IMG/VR virus record: IMGVR_UViG_3300028048_001497 | Span: 1-64,000 of that record | From: a virus | Lineage: Duplodnaviria > Caudoviricetes | DNA length: 64,000 bases | Strand: one strand, 5' to 3' | Shown here: positions 47,958 to 57,554 of the stretch, in pieces | Position numbering within the stretch: the stretch's first letter is position 1 | How the letters are laid out: each line of letters starts with the position of its first letter | Translations under genes and position numbers: made by a program | The notes under the pieces: generated by a model | The model's database searches: none | Told to the model about the DNA's origin: nothing | Seen by the model: only the letters and a program-made list of their open reading frames with translations

Positions 47958-48794
47958 ATGATTGATATTGTAATATACTATCCTTATTTGGATGGTACTA
48001 CAACTTCTTTAATTGACCTATGGTTTAATTTAAAACATTTTACGAATGATGTAAGGTGTTCTATAGTTGTAGATACAAATGATATGAAAAGAAATATAGA
48101 TTTTTTTGTTGCATTACAAAAAAGCGTTCCGAAAACATTTGAATATCGGATTATTCCATTATCTGATTTATATCAAATGAAATTTGATAAATTGGTTCTT
48201 TCATTTGGTATTTTCCGTTTTTTACATAAGATACCAACAAATTATAATTATTTGTATGTGTTGGACGCAGGAAGAATTATCTATGATTTTTTTGTAAACA
48301 ATTGTACTTATATTAATTACATGAAATCATTGGTTAATTATACTATCTACACCAACTACACAAATACACAATATATACAAGGATTAAACTATAAAATATA
48401 TTATCACAAATTTAGTCATGAAAGAATCAATTATTTAAAGAAATTAAATAAGATACACAAAACAACAAAAGTAGAAGATAGAGAAAAGACAGGAAACATT
48501 CATTTTGAATATTTAAAGAATGATGTATTAAACTATCATAGATGGAGAAAGGTAATAGATGGTGTGTATGCAGAGAATATAGGTAAGATGATATTTGAAT
48601 TTTCTGCATTAGGAAAACAAGTACATTATAGTAATGAAAATAAAACACAGGATGATGGTTTAACGTGTTATCTAAAACTATTTGGAATAGATGACAATAA
48701 AAATCAAGATATACATATTACAGAAGAAGAACTGTTTGATAAATTAGGTATGAAGGAGAATGATGTATTATTGAATGATATAACACAAAATTAA
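47958..48794 (+). CDS. Hypothetical, possibly divergent GT-B glycosyltransferase
   Basis: N-terminal beta strand plus DGTTTSLIDL, and ENIGKMIFEFSALGKQV resembling the GT4 ExFGxxxxEAxxxGxPV motif. Confidence 0.45.
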   Translation: MIDIVIYYPYLDGTTTSLIDLWFNLKHFTNDVRCSIVVDTNDMKRNIDFFVALQKSVPKTFEYRIIPLSDLYQMKFDKLVLSFGIFRFLHKIPTNYNYLYVLDAGRIIYDFFVNNCTYINYMKSLVNYTIYTNYTNTQYIQGLNYKIYYHKFSHERINYLKKLNKIHKTTKVEDREKTGNIHFEYLKNDVLNYHRWRKVIDGVYAENIGKMIFEFSALGKQVHYSNENKTQDDGLTCYLKLFGIDDNKNQDIHITEEELFDKLGMKENDVLLNDITQN

Positions 48795-48808
48795 AAGGAG
48801 GTGTAATA

Positions 48809-49264
48809 GTGGTAGATAATGTAAGATTAAATGACAGGACGAAAAGAGTAATGAATCAAGTATTAGATTTCATTCATATCAACAATGTTTCTTTTTATAT
48901 TTACAAATCAATGGATTTTCCGTATATGAAAACGATTGTTGATGAATTAAGTAAATATATGAATGACTATGCACATATCAATACACGTCATGTAATCAGA
49001 TTGAAAACATATCGAAAGAATACGAGATTAATTATGTTTACTTTATTGTTAAATGATAAAGGAATAAATGATATAACATGTCAGTATGAGAATTTAAATA
49101 ATTTTGTAAAGACAATTTTTAATGATGTAGAAATTTTGCAAATTAAATTGAATTGTCAGTACACAGAATATCATGAATTTTTATCGAATGTACGGACATC
49201 AATAAAAAATTATTTAGAAGATAGATATAACAATCGTTTGGAAGGAATGGATTCAAATGAATGA
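48809..49264 (+). CDS. Hypothetical protein
   Basis: AGGAGG SD; ORF track. Confidence 0.7.
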   Translation: MVDNVRLNDRTKRVMNQVLDFIHINNVSFYIYKSMDFPYMKTIVDELSKYMNDYAHINTRHVIRLKTYRKNTRLIMFTLLLNDKGINDITCQYENLNNFVKTIFNDVEILQIKLNCQYTEYHEFLSNVRTSIKNYLEDRYNNRLEGMDSNE

Positions 49265-49436
49265 GTTAGCGATTCTGTTTATTTTATTAATGGTAGCCTA
49301 TAGTGTTGGACAAGTTGTGCAACTGATTATATCAGTTGCATGTGTTTGTTTTATTACATTATTCTTTTTATGTTCGATTAATGGAGATAAAAATATTTAT
49401 TATTGGTATAAATATATGAGAGCGAAAAGGGGATAA
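49257..49436 (+). CDS. Small membrane protein (59 aa)
   Basis: Read manually: MNELAILFILLMVAYSVGQVVQLIISVACVCFITLFFLCS...; hydrophobic, fills the gap and overlaps the upstream stop. Confidence 0.55.
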   Translation: MNELAILFILLMVAYSVGQVVQLIISVACVCFITLFFLCSINGDKNIYYWYKYMRAKRG

Positions 49437-49442
49437 TGTGGG

Positions 49443-50363
49443 ATGGAATTTCATTCATTAAGTGAGATAAAGAAAATATATGAAGAAGAAGATAACTTAG
49501 GTGCACTTGATGATTTATTATATAGTGCAGTAGATGCCATAGTTACGAATTCAAAATATGCAAAGTTTTTTTATGAAGAATATCCATTTGAAGATGGTAG
49601 AGAAGCGATTAATCGGTGTAATTATGATGATTTAAAAGAATGTACCATAGATACTTATGCTCAATATGTAGCATATTCAAAAGATGATGAGATAATAAAA
49701 GAATATGAATATTCTATTTATGGTTCAACGAATGTAGAAGATTTAGTAGAATTTTCACCATATTGTTTATATGAATTAATTAAATCTGTAGATAAAGACT
49801 TCAATAATGATTTTGAAAAAAAAACCTATTCTGATTATTTTGAACGAAGATTATTTAGAAATAAATATAAAACGATACAAAATGATAGTGATGAAAATAT
49901 AGATAGTGCAAAAGAATTAGATAAAATAAAAGATAATATAGGGGATAAACATAATATCAATTTTGATTATGATTATGAAGATAGAGATTATGCATTTATC
50001 TATTTAGATGGTAAAATTATAGAAGGTAAAAGTGGGTAGACACACGCACAGGTATTGGAAGATTATATGAAAAAAATAAATAGAGAAGAAGATATACCTG
50101 AAGATTATAAAGATGGTGGAGATATAGAAGGAAGTAGACCTTCTAATGACCGCATTAATAGATTATTAGGAACGGAAAACAATGCTTATGGAAATGTGAT
50201 AGATAATATGGCATTAATAGAAGTATTAGAAAATGTATCCGAACAAGAAATAGCGGATGCGTGTAAAAAGCAGTTAAAAGTAGATAAAGTATATATGGTA
50301 AATAGAAATACGAATACAGATGTAGTAAAAAGATTAGCAAAGATAATAAGGATGGATGTATAA
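49443..50363 (+). pseudogene. Acidic paralog 1 interrupted by in-frame TAG at 50037-50039 (pseudogene or readthrough)
   Basis: ORFs 49443..50039 and 50055..50363 are in the same frame; EGKSG*THAQVLE aligns with EGKEGQTHAQILE of the next paralog. Confidence 0.85.
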
Positions 50364-51316
50364 TGAATATAGAATTTCAATCACTACAACAAATAGAAGA
50401 TTTTTTTAAAGAAAATAATAACAATTATTTTAATTCATTTAAATATACAGTAGACTTTTTATTTGATGAAGATAATTTTGAAAAATTTTTTGAAGATGAA
50501 TATATGATAGACATATATGATGAACAAAATGAAGATATATGGGAAGATTTACAAAATGCAGATATATCAGAATTTGTTGATTGGCTAGTAAATACGAGTA
50601 AATATAGTGATGGAAAACTTTCGGATGAATATGCTTATGTATTAGAAGAAGAAATACCTGATAATGAATATTCTTTTACATATGAATGTTTAGAAGAATT
50701 GATTGATAGTTTTGCGCATGAAAATTCGTATGTAGCAGATTTTAATAAAGCGAAAAAATCATATATGGATTTTTTTGAACGCAATGCACTTCATGATGAA
50801 TATAATATGGTAGATGATTATGATGAAGATAAAAAATCCATTAATAGTGCAGAAGAATTAGATGAAATAAATGATAGTGTTGGAGATACGCATAAAATAG
50901 ATTTTAAGTATGATTATAAAGACAGAGATTATGCGTTTATTTATGTAGATGGTGAATTAATTGAAGGAAAAGAAGGACAAACACACGCACAAATATTGGA
51001 AAACTATTTAATAGATAATGATAGGGAAGATGAAATTCCTGAAGATTATAAAACAGATGATGGAGATATAGGTGGTAGTAGACCTAGTAAAAAGCGTGTA
51101 GAAAGATTAGTAGGGAAAGAAGATGCTGATGTAGCTTTTGGTCATGTAATAGATAATGTAGCATTAGTAGAAATTGTAAATGGCGTTTCAGAAGATACAG
51201 TAGCAAAAACGTGTATGAAAGAATTAAATATAGATAAAGTATATTTTGTAAATCATCAGAATGAAGTAGTCAAGAGATTAGCAAAAGTTGTTTTATATAC
51301 AAAGGAGAATGTTTAA
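50363..51316 (+). CDS. Acidic paralog 2 (unknown function)
   Basis: Shared C-terminal domain RDYAFIYVDG..THAQIL..GSRPS..AFGH..DKVY..KRLAK. Confidence 0.8.
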   Translation: MNIEFQSLQQIEDFFKENNNNYFNSFKYTVDFLFDEDNFEKFFEDEYMIDIYDEQNEDIWEDLQNADISEFVDWLVNTSKYSDGKLSDEYAYVLEEEIPDNEYSFTYECLEELIDSFAHENSYVADFNKAKKSYMDFFERNALHDEYNMVDDYDEDKKSINSAEELDEINDSVGDTHKIDFKYDYKDRDYAFIYVDGELIEGKEGQTHAQILENYLIDNDREDEIPEDYKTDDGDIGGSRPSKKRVERLVGKEDADVAFGHVIDNVALVEIVNGVSEDTVAKTCMKELNIDKVYFVNHQNEVVKRLAKVVLYTKENV

Positions 51317-52249
51317 ATGGCAAAGATTGTTTTTAATACAATGAGCGAAGCGAAAGATTATTTAGATTCAGATTTTAATGAATTTTTAAATTCACCTTAT
51401 TGCATTACAGAAGGAGGTATTCGTGATGAATTAGAAGAAAATTATCCAACATGTAGAGGTGACGATATAATGAACGAAATCGCTTATGAAGGATTAAGTA
51501 ATTTAGATGTCAATGATTATATTGATGATATTACAAATAATGACTTGTTATTAGATGAATACAAAAATTGGCTATCTGATTATAATACAGAAGATGAATT
51601 AGATGTTTCTAGCGACTGCGTTTCTGAAATGGCAGAGGAACTAACAAGCAAAACGGATATTGAAGAAAATTTTGATAAAGCATTGAATAGTTATGTATCT
51701 TATTGTGAGCGTAATTATTCAGGTTTTGGTGAAGAAGATGACGATATAACCCTAGATTTAGAGTATAATGAAGAAGATAATTCTGTTGATGATTGGTCAG
51801 ATTTGGCAAAAGTAGATGATAAAATAGGGGAACAAACAAACGTTGAATTTGGAACAAGGTTAGATTATGATACTCGCGATGGTGCGTTTGTATATATAGA
51901 TGGTGATGTAGCCTATGGCGAAGAAGGAAAAACACATGGGCAGATTTTAGCGGATTACATGGAAGAACATGGAAATGAAGATATGATACCAGAGGATTTA
52001 AAAGGTGATGATATAGCAGGAAGTAGACCATCGCAGTCACGTATGAGACGTTTGGTAGATACAGATAATGTAGCGTTTGGGCATATTGTAGATAATATGG
52101 CGTTTGTTGAAGTTTTGGCAACAGGAGCAAATGAAGATGATGTAGCCAAGGCTTGTAAGAAACAATTAAAAGTAGATAAGGTTTATTTCTTAGATAATTA
52201 CAATGATGCAGTTAAACGTTTGGCTAAATGGAAAGTTTATACGAAATAA
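51317..52249 (+). CDS. Acidic paralog 3 (unknown function)
   Basis: Same conserved C-terminal domain; AAGGAG SD. Confidence 0.8.
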   Translation: MAKIVFNTMSEAKDYLDSDFNEFLNSPYCITEGGIRDELEENYPTCRGDDIMNEIAYEGLSNLDVNDYIDDITNNDLLLDEYKNWLSDYNTEDELDVSSDCVSEMAEELTSKTDIEENFDKALNSYVSYCERNYSGFGEEDDDITLDLEYNEEDNSVDDWSDLAKVDDKIGEQTNVEFGTRLDYDTRDGAFVYIDGDVAYGEEGKTHGQILADYMEEHGNEDMIPEDLKGDDIAGSRPSQSRMRRLVDTDNVAFGHIVDNMAFVEVLATGANEDDVAKACKKQLKVDKVYFLDNYNDAVKRLAKWKVYTK

Positions 52250-52304
52250 AAAAAGATAATATTTTAAGAAAAGGAATAGTAGAATATTTGTTATATCAAT
52301 AAAA

Positions 52305-52336
52305 AAAAGAGGTAAGCATGAAAACTTACCTCTTTT
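52305..52336 (+). terminator. Intrinsic terminator
   Basis: AAAAGAGGTAAG/CTTACCTCTTTT. Confidence 0.75.
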
Positions 52337-52553
52337 GTATTTCTTTTGTAGATGTTCATAAAGGTCGTGAAATAATGAATGAAGATATTTACATTATGGA
52401 TATAGATGAATTAAAGGAATTGTTAGGCGATAATTTTAATAATTGTTTAAATGATATTAATAAAGAATCTAATTAAAGTGTATTATTATGATTATAGTGA
52501 TAAACAAGTAACGCGACTTGCTAAATTAAAAAGTGTATGAAAGGAAAGATTTA

Positions 52554-53732
52554 ATGAAACGTTTAGGAACTGATAAAATGACAGTTGTATATTCACAAGA
52601 GCCTTTTCCAAAAGATGAAATGAAATCTATATTTTTAGCTGGGCCAGTACCTAGAAAAGAATATGAATTATCATGGAAAAATGAAGCATTAAAAATTTTG
52701 GATTCAATGGGATATAATGGTGTTGTATATATTCCTGAAAATAGAAATCCTGAACAAAAAGAAGGAAGCTTTGATTTGCAAGCGCAATTGGATTGGGAAT
52801 ATACTTGTATGTGTGCTTGCGATGCTATTGTATTTTGGATTCCTAGAGAAATGCGTTCGGATTTTGAAATGATTGGATTAACAACAAATGTAGAATTTGG
52901 TCGTTTTCTTAATTCAAATAAACTGTTTTGTGGTTGCCCTGATGAAGCACCAAGAATGGAATATTTGAAATTAATTTCAAGAGATAAGTATGAGTGGCAT
53001 AATACACTTGAAGATACTTTGAAATCTGTGGTACAATATTTAGGTAGAGGAATATATCGAGAAGATGAAGAAATAAAAATTCCTTTGCATATATACAAAT
53101 CAAAACAATTTCAGAATTGGTATAAACAACAATTAAATGTAGGAAATTATTTAACTGGTTTTAATATGGAATATGAATTTGTTATGCCAAAAGCAAAACA
53201 AATGTTTTTAGAGATTTTTCATCCATCGGTTTATATAGCAAAAGAAGATAGAGTAAAAGATAATGAATTTGTAGTGGCAAGAACAGATATGAGTTATATT
53301 CTTGCCTATTATAAAAAAGATGATATAATGGATTCAGAAGTTGTTTTATGCGAAGAATTTCGTAGCCCAATAAATAATAATGAAGAAATGGTTTTTGAAT
53401 TGCCTGGTGGTAGTTCTCTTAATCCAAACGATGATGTTCTTTCGACTGCTTCTAAAGAATTAGAAGAAGAAACAGGGTTAAAATTAGATAAAAATCGTTT
53501 TAAACAGGTAGCATTGAAACAAAGCGCTGCTACATTGTGTTCTCATAAGATAGCTTTGTTTAAGGTAGAATTAACAGAAGAAGAAATCAATTCGCTTAAA
53601 AAAGATAATAGTATTCATGGCGTAATCGAAGATACAGAACAAATTCATTTACATGTAATGAAGGTATCTGAAGCATTGAATATGGTAGATTGGACAAATA
53701 CAGGTATGATATTAAATGGAATAAAGGAATGA
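52554..53732 (+). CDS. Nucleoside 2-deoxyribosyltransferase-like domain fused to Nudix hydrolase
   Basis: SIFLAGP..SW, WE....DAIVFWIPR, TTNVEFG; Nudix box ELPGG...ASKELEEETG. Start at the ATG after AAGGA. Confidence 0.85.
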   Translation: MKRLGTDKMTVVYSQEPFPKDEMKSIFLAGPVPRKEYELSWKNEALKILDSMGYNGVVYIPENRNPEQKEGSFDLQAQLDWEYTCMCACDAIVFWIPREMRSDFEMIGLTTNVEFGRFLNSNKLFCGCPDEAPRMEYLKLISRDKYEWHNTLEDTLKSVVQYLGRGIYREDEEIKIPLHIYKSKQFQNWYKQQLNVGNYLTGFNMEYEFVMPKAKQMFLEIFHPSVYIAKEDRVKDNEFVVARTDMSYILAYYKKDDIMDSEVVLCEEFRSPINNNEEMVFELPGGSSLNPNDDVLSTASKELEEETGLKLDKNRFKQVALKQSAATLCSHKIALFKVELTEEEINSLKKDNSIHGVIEDTEQIHLHVMKVSEALNMVDWTNTGMILNGIKE

Positions 53733-53736
53733 AATT

Positions 53737-54846
53737 ATGTTAAAACATTTAAATTTTCATATTAATCAGATTTATTTAATGATGGGGTATCAATGTAATT
53801 TAAAATGTAAATATTGTATTGAACACGATGTAGTAAATCATGCGATGCCAAAGGAAATTAATCCGCAGATTATTGATTGGATGATAGATATTGCTCAAAA
53901 TATAGGTGGTTTTAATGTATTATTTTGGGGTGGTGAACCACTTGTATATTTTGATACTATGAAAAAAGTAGTTGAAATGATAAAAGAAAAAGACAAAGAT
54001 GGTTTGATTACTTTTTCTATGGTAACGAATGGCAAATTGATTAATGATAAAACAATTCCGTGGATAAAAGAAAATTTAAAAGGATTTGGTTTGTCATGGG
54101 ATGGAAGAAATTCTGAAATCACACGTGGATATGATGTAATGAAATCCAATAAAGAAAATATATTTAAATTAGATGATTGGGGTTTTGATGGAGTTTTTTC
54201 TTCCTATACTTATCCGAAAGATTATTTGGATGATTGTTGGGAAATAGAAAAAGAATATGGAAAACCGATTAATATTCATGTGGAAAATTTAATGCAGTAT
54301 GATACACTACCAAATCCTAAGTTAAAAGAGTTTGATGAAGGTAAGTTCTTTCAACAAATGAGAGATATGTGTGATGAGTACGCATATTGTTTTAGGAATC
54401 ATGCTACAATTAGTAATCCAAAATATGCTGAATGGATAAAAACAGAAATATCTTATGTTAGTGTGGATAACAAAAAACCAATGCGTTTGTTCTGCGGTAA
54501 TGGTGGAGAAAATGTAAATTTGGATTTACAAGGTAATTTGTATTGTTGTCACGGTGATACAGAATCAATGGGGACAATTAATGATAATTACTTTGATGTA
54601 TTAAAAAACATTAATGACCATGATAAGACAGTTCAACATGGTATAGATGGATGTAATGAATGTCCTGTACAACCATTGTGTAAAAATGCTTGCCCAAAGA
54701 TGCCACAAAGTTCACGTGATGAATTTTATTGTAGAATGGCTACATTGAGATATTATCCAATTATGGAATTAATGAATGAAATAAATGAGATTAAAAACGC
54801 AGAAATGCAAAAAGACTTTGAATTTATGAAAAACGCAAATATTTAA
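53737..54846 (+). CDS. Radical SAM/SPASM-domain protein A
   Basis: CNLKCKYC, WGGEPL, VTNG; SPASM CGNG...GNLYCCH...CNECPVQPLCKNACP...YC. Confidence 0.92.
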   Translation: MLKHLNFHINQIYLMMGYQCNLKCKYCIEHDVVNHAMPKEINPQIIDWMIDIAQNIGGFNVLFWGGEPLVYFDTMKKVVEMIKEKDKDGLITFSMVTNGKLINDKTIPWIKENLKGFGLSWDGRNSEITRGYDVMKSNKENIFKLDDWGFDGVFSSYTYPKDYLDDCWEIEKEYGKPINIHVENLMQYDTLPNPKLKEFDEGKFFQQMRDMCDEYAYCFRNHATISNPKYAEWIKTEISYVSVDNKKPMRLFCGNGGENVNLDLQGNLYCCHGDTESMGTINDNYFDVLKNINDHDKTVQHGIDGCNECPVQPLCKNACPKMPQSSRDEFYCRMATLRYYPIMELMNEINEIKNAEMQKDFEFMKNANI

Positions 54847-54860
54847 AGGGGATAAATAAT

Positions 54861-55439
54861 ATGCTAAAAAAGGTTGCAGAAGAATTGAAACAGATTGATA
54901 CAGTAGAGCAATTAAAAAAAGTTTTATCTGATAATGATTGGACTACGGATGAATTAATGGATTATATTGATGACACATGGAAAGCTGATAGTGCGCTTAA
55001 AGATTGGTTTATGACTTTTAAAGGTTTGGACGATTTTTGTGATGAAGCGACAGTTAAAGGTTATATCAATTTTTTGCTCTCTGATAGTGAAAATTATGGA
55101 TATGTAAAAGATGCCATCGAACAGGTTGGATTACCACAAGTTCTTACAACAGGTGATGATATTAATGTATCTGATGAAGTGGCTAAATATTTGATTGGTT
55201 GTATTGATAATGGTAAGTGTTATGATTATCTATCAGATGATATAGATTTTTATGTAGAAAAAACATCAAAAATTATGGATGATATGTATCAGTATGTTAG
55301 TGAATATGATGCGCAAATAGATGATGGTTCTACAAAATATACAAATGAAGAATGGGATAATAAAGTAAATGAAGATTATCAAGATACAATTTGTTCAAGT
55401 GATACAATGATGGGAGTCGCAAAAGAATTGTTTGGTTAA
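54861..55439 (+). CDS. Acidic hypothetical protein (MLKKVA start)
   Basis: AAGGGG SD; D/E-rich; N-terminus loosely resembles the acidic paralogs. Confidence 0.7.
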   Translation: MLKKVAEELKQIDTVEQLKKVLSDNDWTTDELMDYIDDTWKADSALKDWFMTFKGLDDFCDEATVKGYINFLLSDSENYGYVKDAIEQVGLPQVLTTGDDINVSDEVAKYLIGCIDNGKCYDYLSDDIDFYVEKTSKIMDDMYQYVSEYDAQIDDGSTKYTNEEWDNKVNEDYQDTICSSDTMMGVAKELFG

Positions 55440-55446
55440 TATAGAG

Positions 55447-55478
55447 AAAAAGAGAAGTTGAAAGTGCTTCTCTTTTTT
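55447..55478 (+). terminator. Intrinsic terminator
   Basis: AAAAGAGAAG/CTTCTCTTTT. Confidence 0.7.
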
Positions 55479-55518
55479 GATATAATATGAATATATAGCA
55501 TTTTGAAAGGATAAAAAT

Positions 55519-56610
55519 ATGCGTAATTATTTAAAAACAGATATATCTACAATTTTTATTATGTTGGGACATGAATGTAATATGAATTGTAAATATTGTT
55601 TGCAACATGATGTTGTAAACGTGGCTTTAGGAAAAGAAATTAATCCTGATATATATAATTTTATTAATGATATTGCAAGAAATCAAAATACAGATTTAGG
55701 ATTACAATTTTATGGTGGCGAACCATTAGTGTTTTTTGAAAAGATAAAAAAATTTATTGATGGTTTAAAATCACGTAATATGTCTAACAACGTATACTTT
55801 ACTATGATTACAAATGGAAAATTGTTAAATGAAGAAAAAGTAAAGTATTTAAATGACAATTTTTCTCATGTAACAATTAGTTGGGATGGAAGAAATTCTA
55901 AAATTACACGTGGGTATGATGTTATTAAAGAAAATAAAGAAAATGTTTTCAAATTAAAGAATTTTTCTTTTTCAGGTGTATTATCTTCTTATAATTATAT
56001 AAAGGATTATTTGGAAGATTGTGAAGAAGTAAATCGAGATTATGTAGAGAATTATCATGGTCATACATTGTATTTTAATGTTGATGAACTATTAGATGTT
56101 AATCTGCAAAATCAGGATTTGAAAAATTTCGATTATAGCAAAGTACAAGAACAAATGGTATCATTATGTGAAGAATATCGGTTATATTTTCAAGAGAATG
56201 AACAAATATCTGTAATAAGAAAAAAGTTTATTGAAGAAAAAATTGGATATTTAAGAAATGCTATCAAAACAAAATCATTTGCACCAACTAGAGATAGATG
56301 TGGTAATGGCTGCGAAGTATTAAATATGGATTTACAAGGGAATTTATATAAATGTCATAATACAGATACAAAAGTTGGATGTATTATAGATAATTATTTT
56401 GATATATTAAAAAATGTATTTGCTTTGGATATGGCAGAAAAAAATTCTAGTAAATGTGATGATTGTATTGTACAAATTATGTGTAGAAATGGTTGTCCTT
56501 TGGTTAAAGATAAAGCTAGAGAAGAATACTATTGCAAAATGGCTATGAGTATGAACTATCCGATAATGCAGTTAATTAAAATCTTGGGTGGTGTTGTAGT
56601 AAATGAGTGA
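55519..56610 (+). CDS. Radical SAM/SPASM-domain protein B (paralog of A)
   Basis: CNMNCKYC, YGGEPL, ITNG, SWDGRNS; SPASM CGNG...GNLYKCH...CDDC...CRNGCP...YC. Confidence 0.92.
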   Translation: MRNYLKTDISTIFIMLGHECNMNCKYCLQHDVVNVALGKEINPDIYNFINDIARNQNTDLGLQFYGGEPLVFFEKIKKFIDGLKSRNMSNNVYFTMITNGKLLNEEKVKYLNDNFSHVTISWDGRNSKITRGYDVIKENKENVFKLKNFSFSGVLSSYNYIKDYLEDCEEVNRDYVENYHGHTLYFNVDELLDVNLQNQDLKNFDYSKVQEQMVSLCEEYRLYFQENEQISVIRKKFIEEKIGYLRNAIKTKSFAPTRDRCGNGCEVLNMDLQGNLYKCHNTDTKVGCIIDNYFDILKNVFALDMAEKNSSKCDDCIVQIMCRNGCPLVKDKAREEYYCKMAMSMNYPIMQLIKILGGVVVNE

Positions 56611-57496
56611 AAAAGATGTAAAGTTTAGATGTGAAATAACAAATAAACCAAATGGCATTATTACTCCAACAAAATTTAGAGATATAAGAACAGAAAAACC
56701 TGAAAATAAAACTATGAAACGCCAAGATTTGCTAGATATAGCAAATGCTTTGGCTAAATTAGAGAATTACAAAACCCATGTTAGTAATTGTAATTGTACT
56801 CCAATTATTGATTGTCAAACGATTAGATGTCAACAGTTGTTTAAAGGTGCATATGACGAAGAAAGATTAAGTCATGACTTATTAAGTTATGCTCGTTGGA
56901 ATGGTGATAATTCTTTTCCTTATCCGAGAGGCCCAGTACAAAAATATTTGCCAAATGGTAAAAAAAATCCAGAACATAGGTTGAATACAGAAAATGGTAA
57001 ATATAATGATTTTGAATATAAAGTAAACATAGAATTGTGTAGGAAAAATGGTGCAAATTGGGTATACCCAGAAAATCCGTTTACAAAAGAAGTAACGTAT
57101 GGTGTAACGGCTTATGTAAAACAATATATTAAAGATAGAGATTATAAATATGATACGACACCAAAACCGTGGAAACCGTGTCAAAAGATAAAGTCAATTA
57201 GTGATATTTTAAGTTGTGAGAAAATATCTTGTGAATTAACAACATGTCAATTGGTTTTATGTCAAAACAGTAATGCTTGTCAAACATGTCAATCGGTTAA
57301 AGCATGTCAAATATGTCAAACATGTGAAGCACAATGCGTATGTCAATCTTGTCAGTTATGTCAAGAACAAGATATGTATAATAACTGTTGCCAAAAAATA
57401 TCTTGTCAATCACAATGCACTTGTCAGTCTTGTCAATCTTGTGAAAATATTTCTTGTCAAGCATATGTAGATGATGGTAAAGACCTTACGAATTAA
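56603..57496 (+). CDS. Cys-Gln repeat protein, candidate radical SAM substrate
   Basis: Overlaps the rSAM B stop; NCNC and CQ near the N-terminus; 22 Cys, mostly CQ/CE, in the last ~105 aa. Confidence 0.75.
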   Translation: MSEKDVKFRCEITNKPNGIITPTKFRDIRTEKPENKTMKRQDLLDIANALAKLENYKTHVSNCNCTPIIDCQTIRCQQLFKGAYDEERLSHDLLSYARWNGDNSFPYPRGPVQKYLPNGKKNPEHRLNTENGKYNDFEYKVNIELCRKNGANWVYPENPFTKEVTYGVTAYVKQYIKDRDYKYDTTPKPWKPCQKIKSISDILSCEKISCELTTCQLVLCQNSNACQTCQSVKACQICQTCEAQCVCQSCQLCQEQDMYNNCCQKISCQSQCTCQSCQSCENISCQAYVDDGKDLTN

Positions 57497-57554
57497 ATAA
57501 TGAGATAAATGTAAGTCATAGACAATATTTTATCGTTGTAGAGGTGACTTACAC

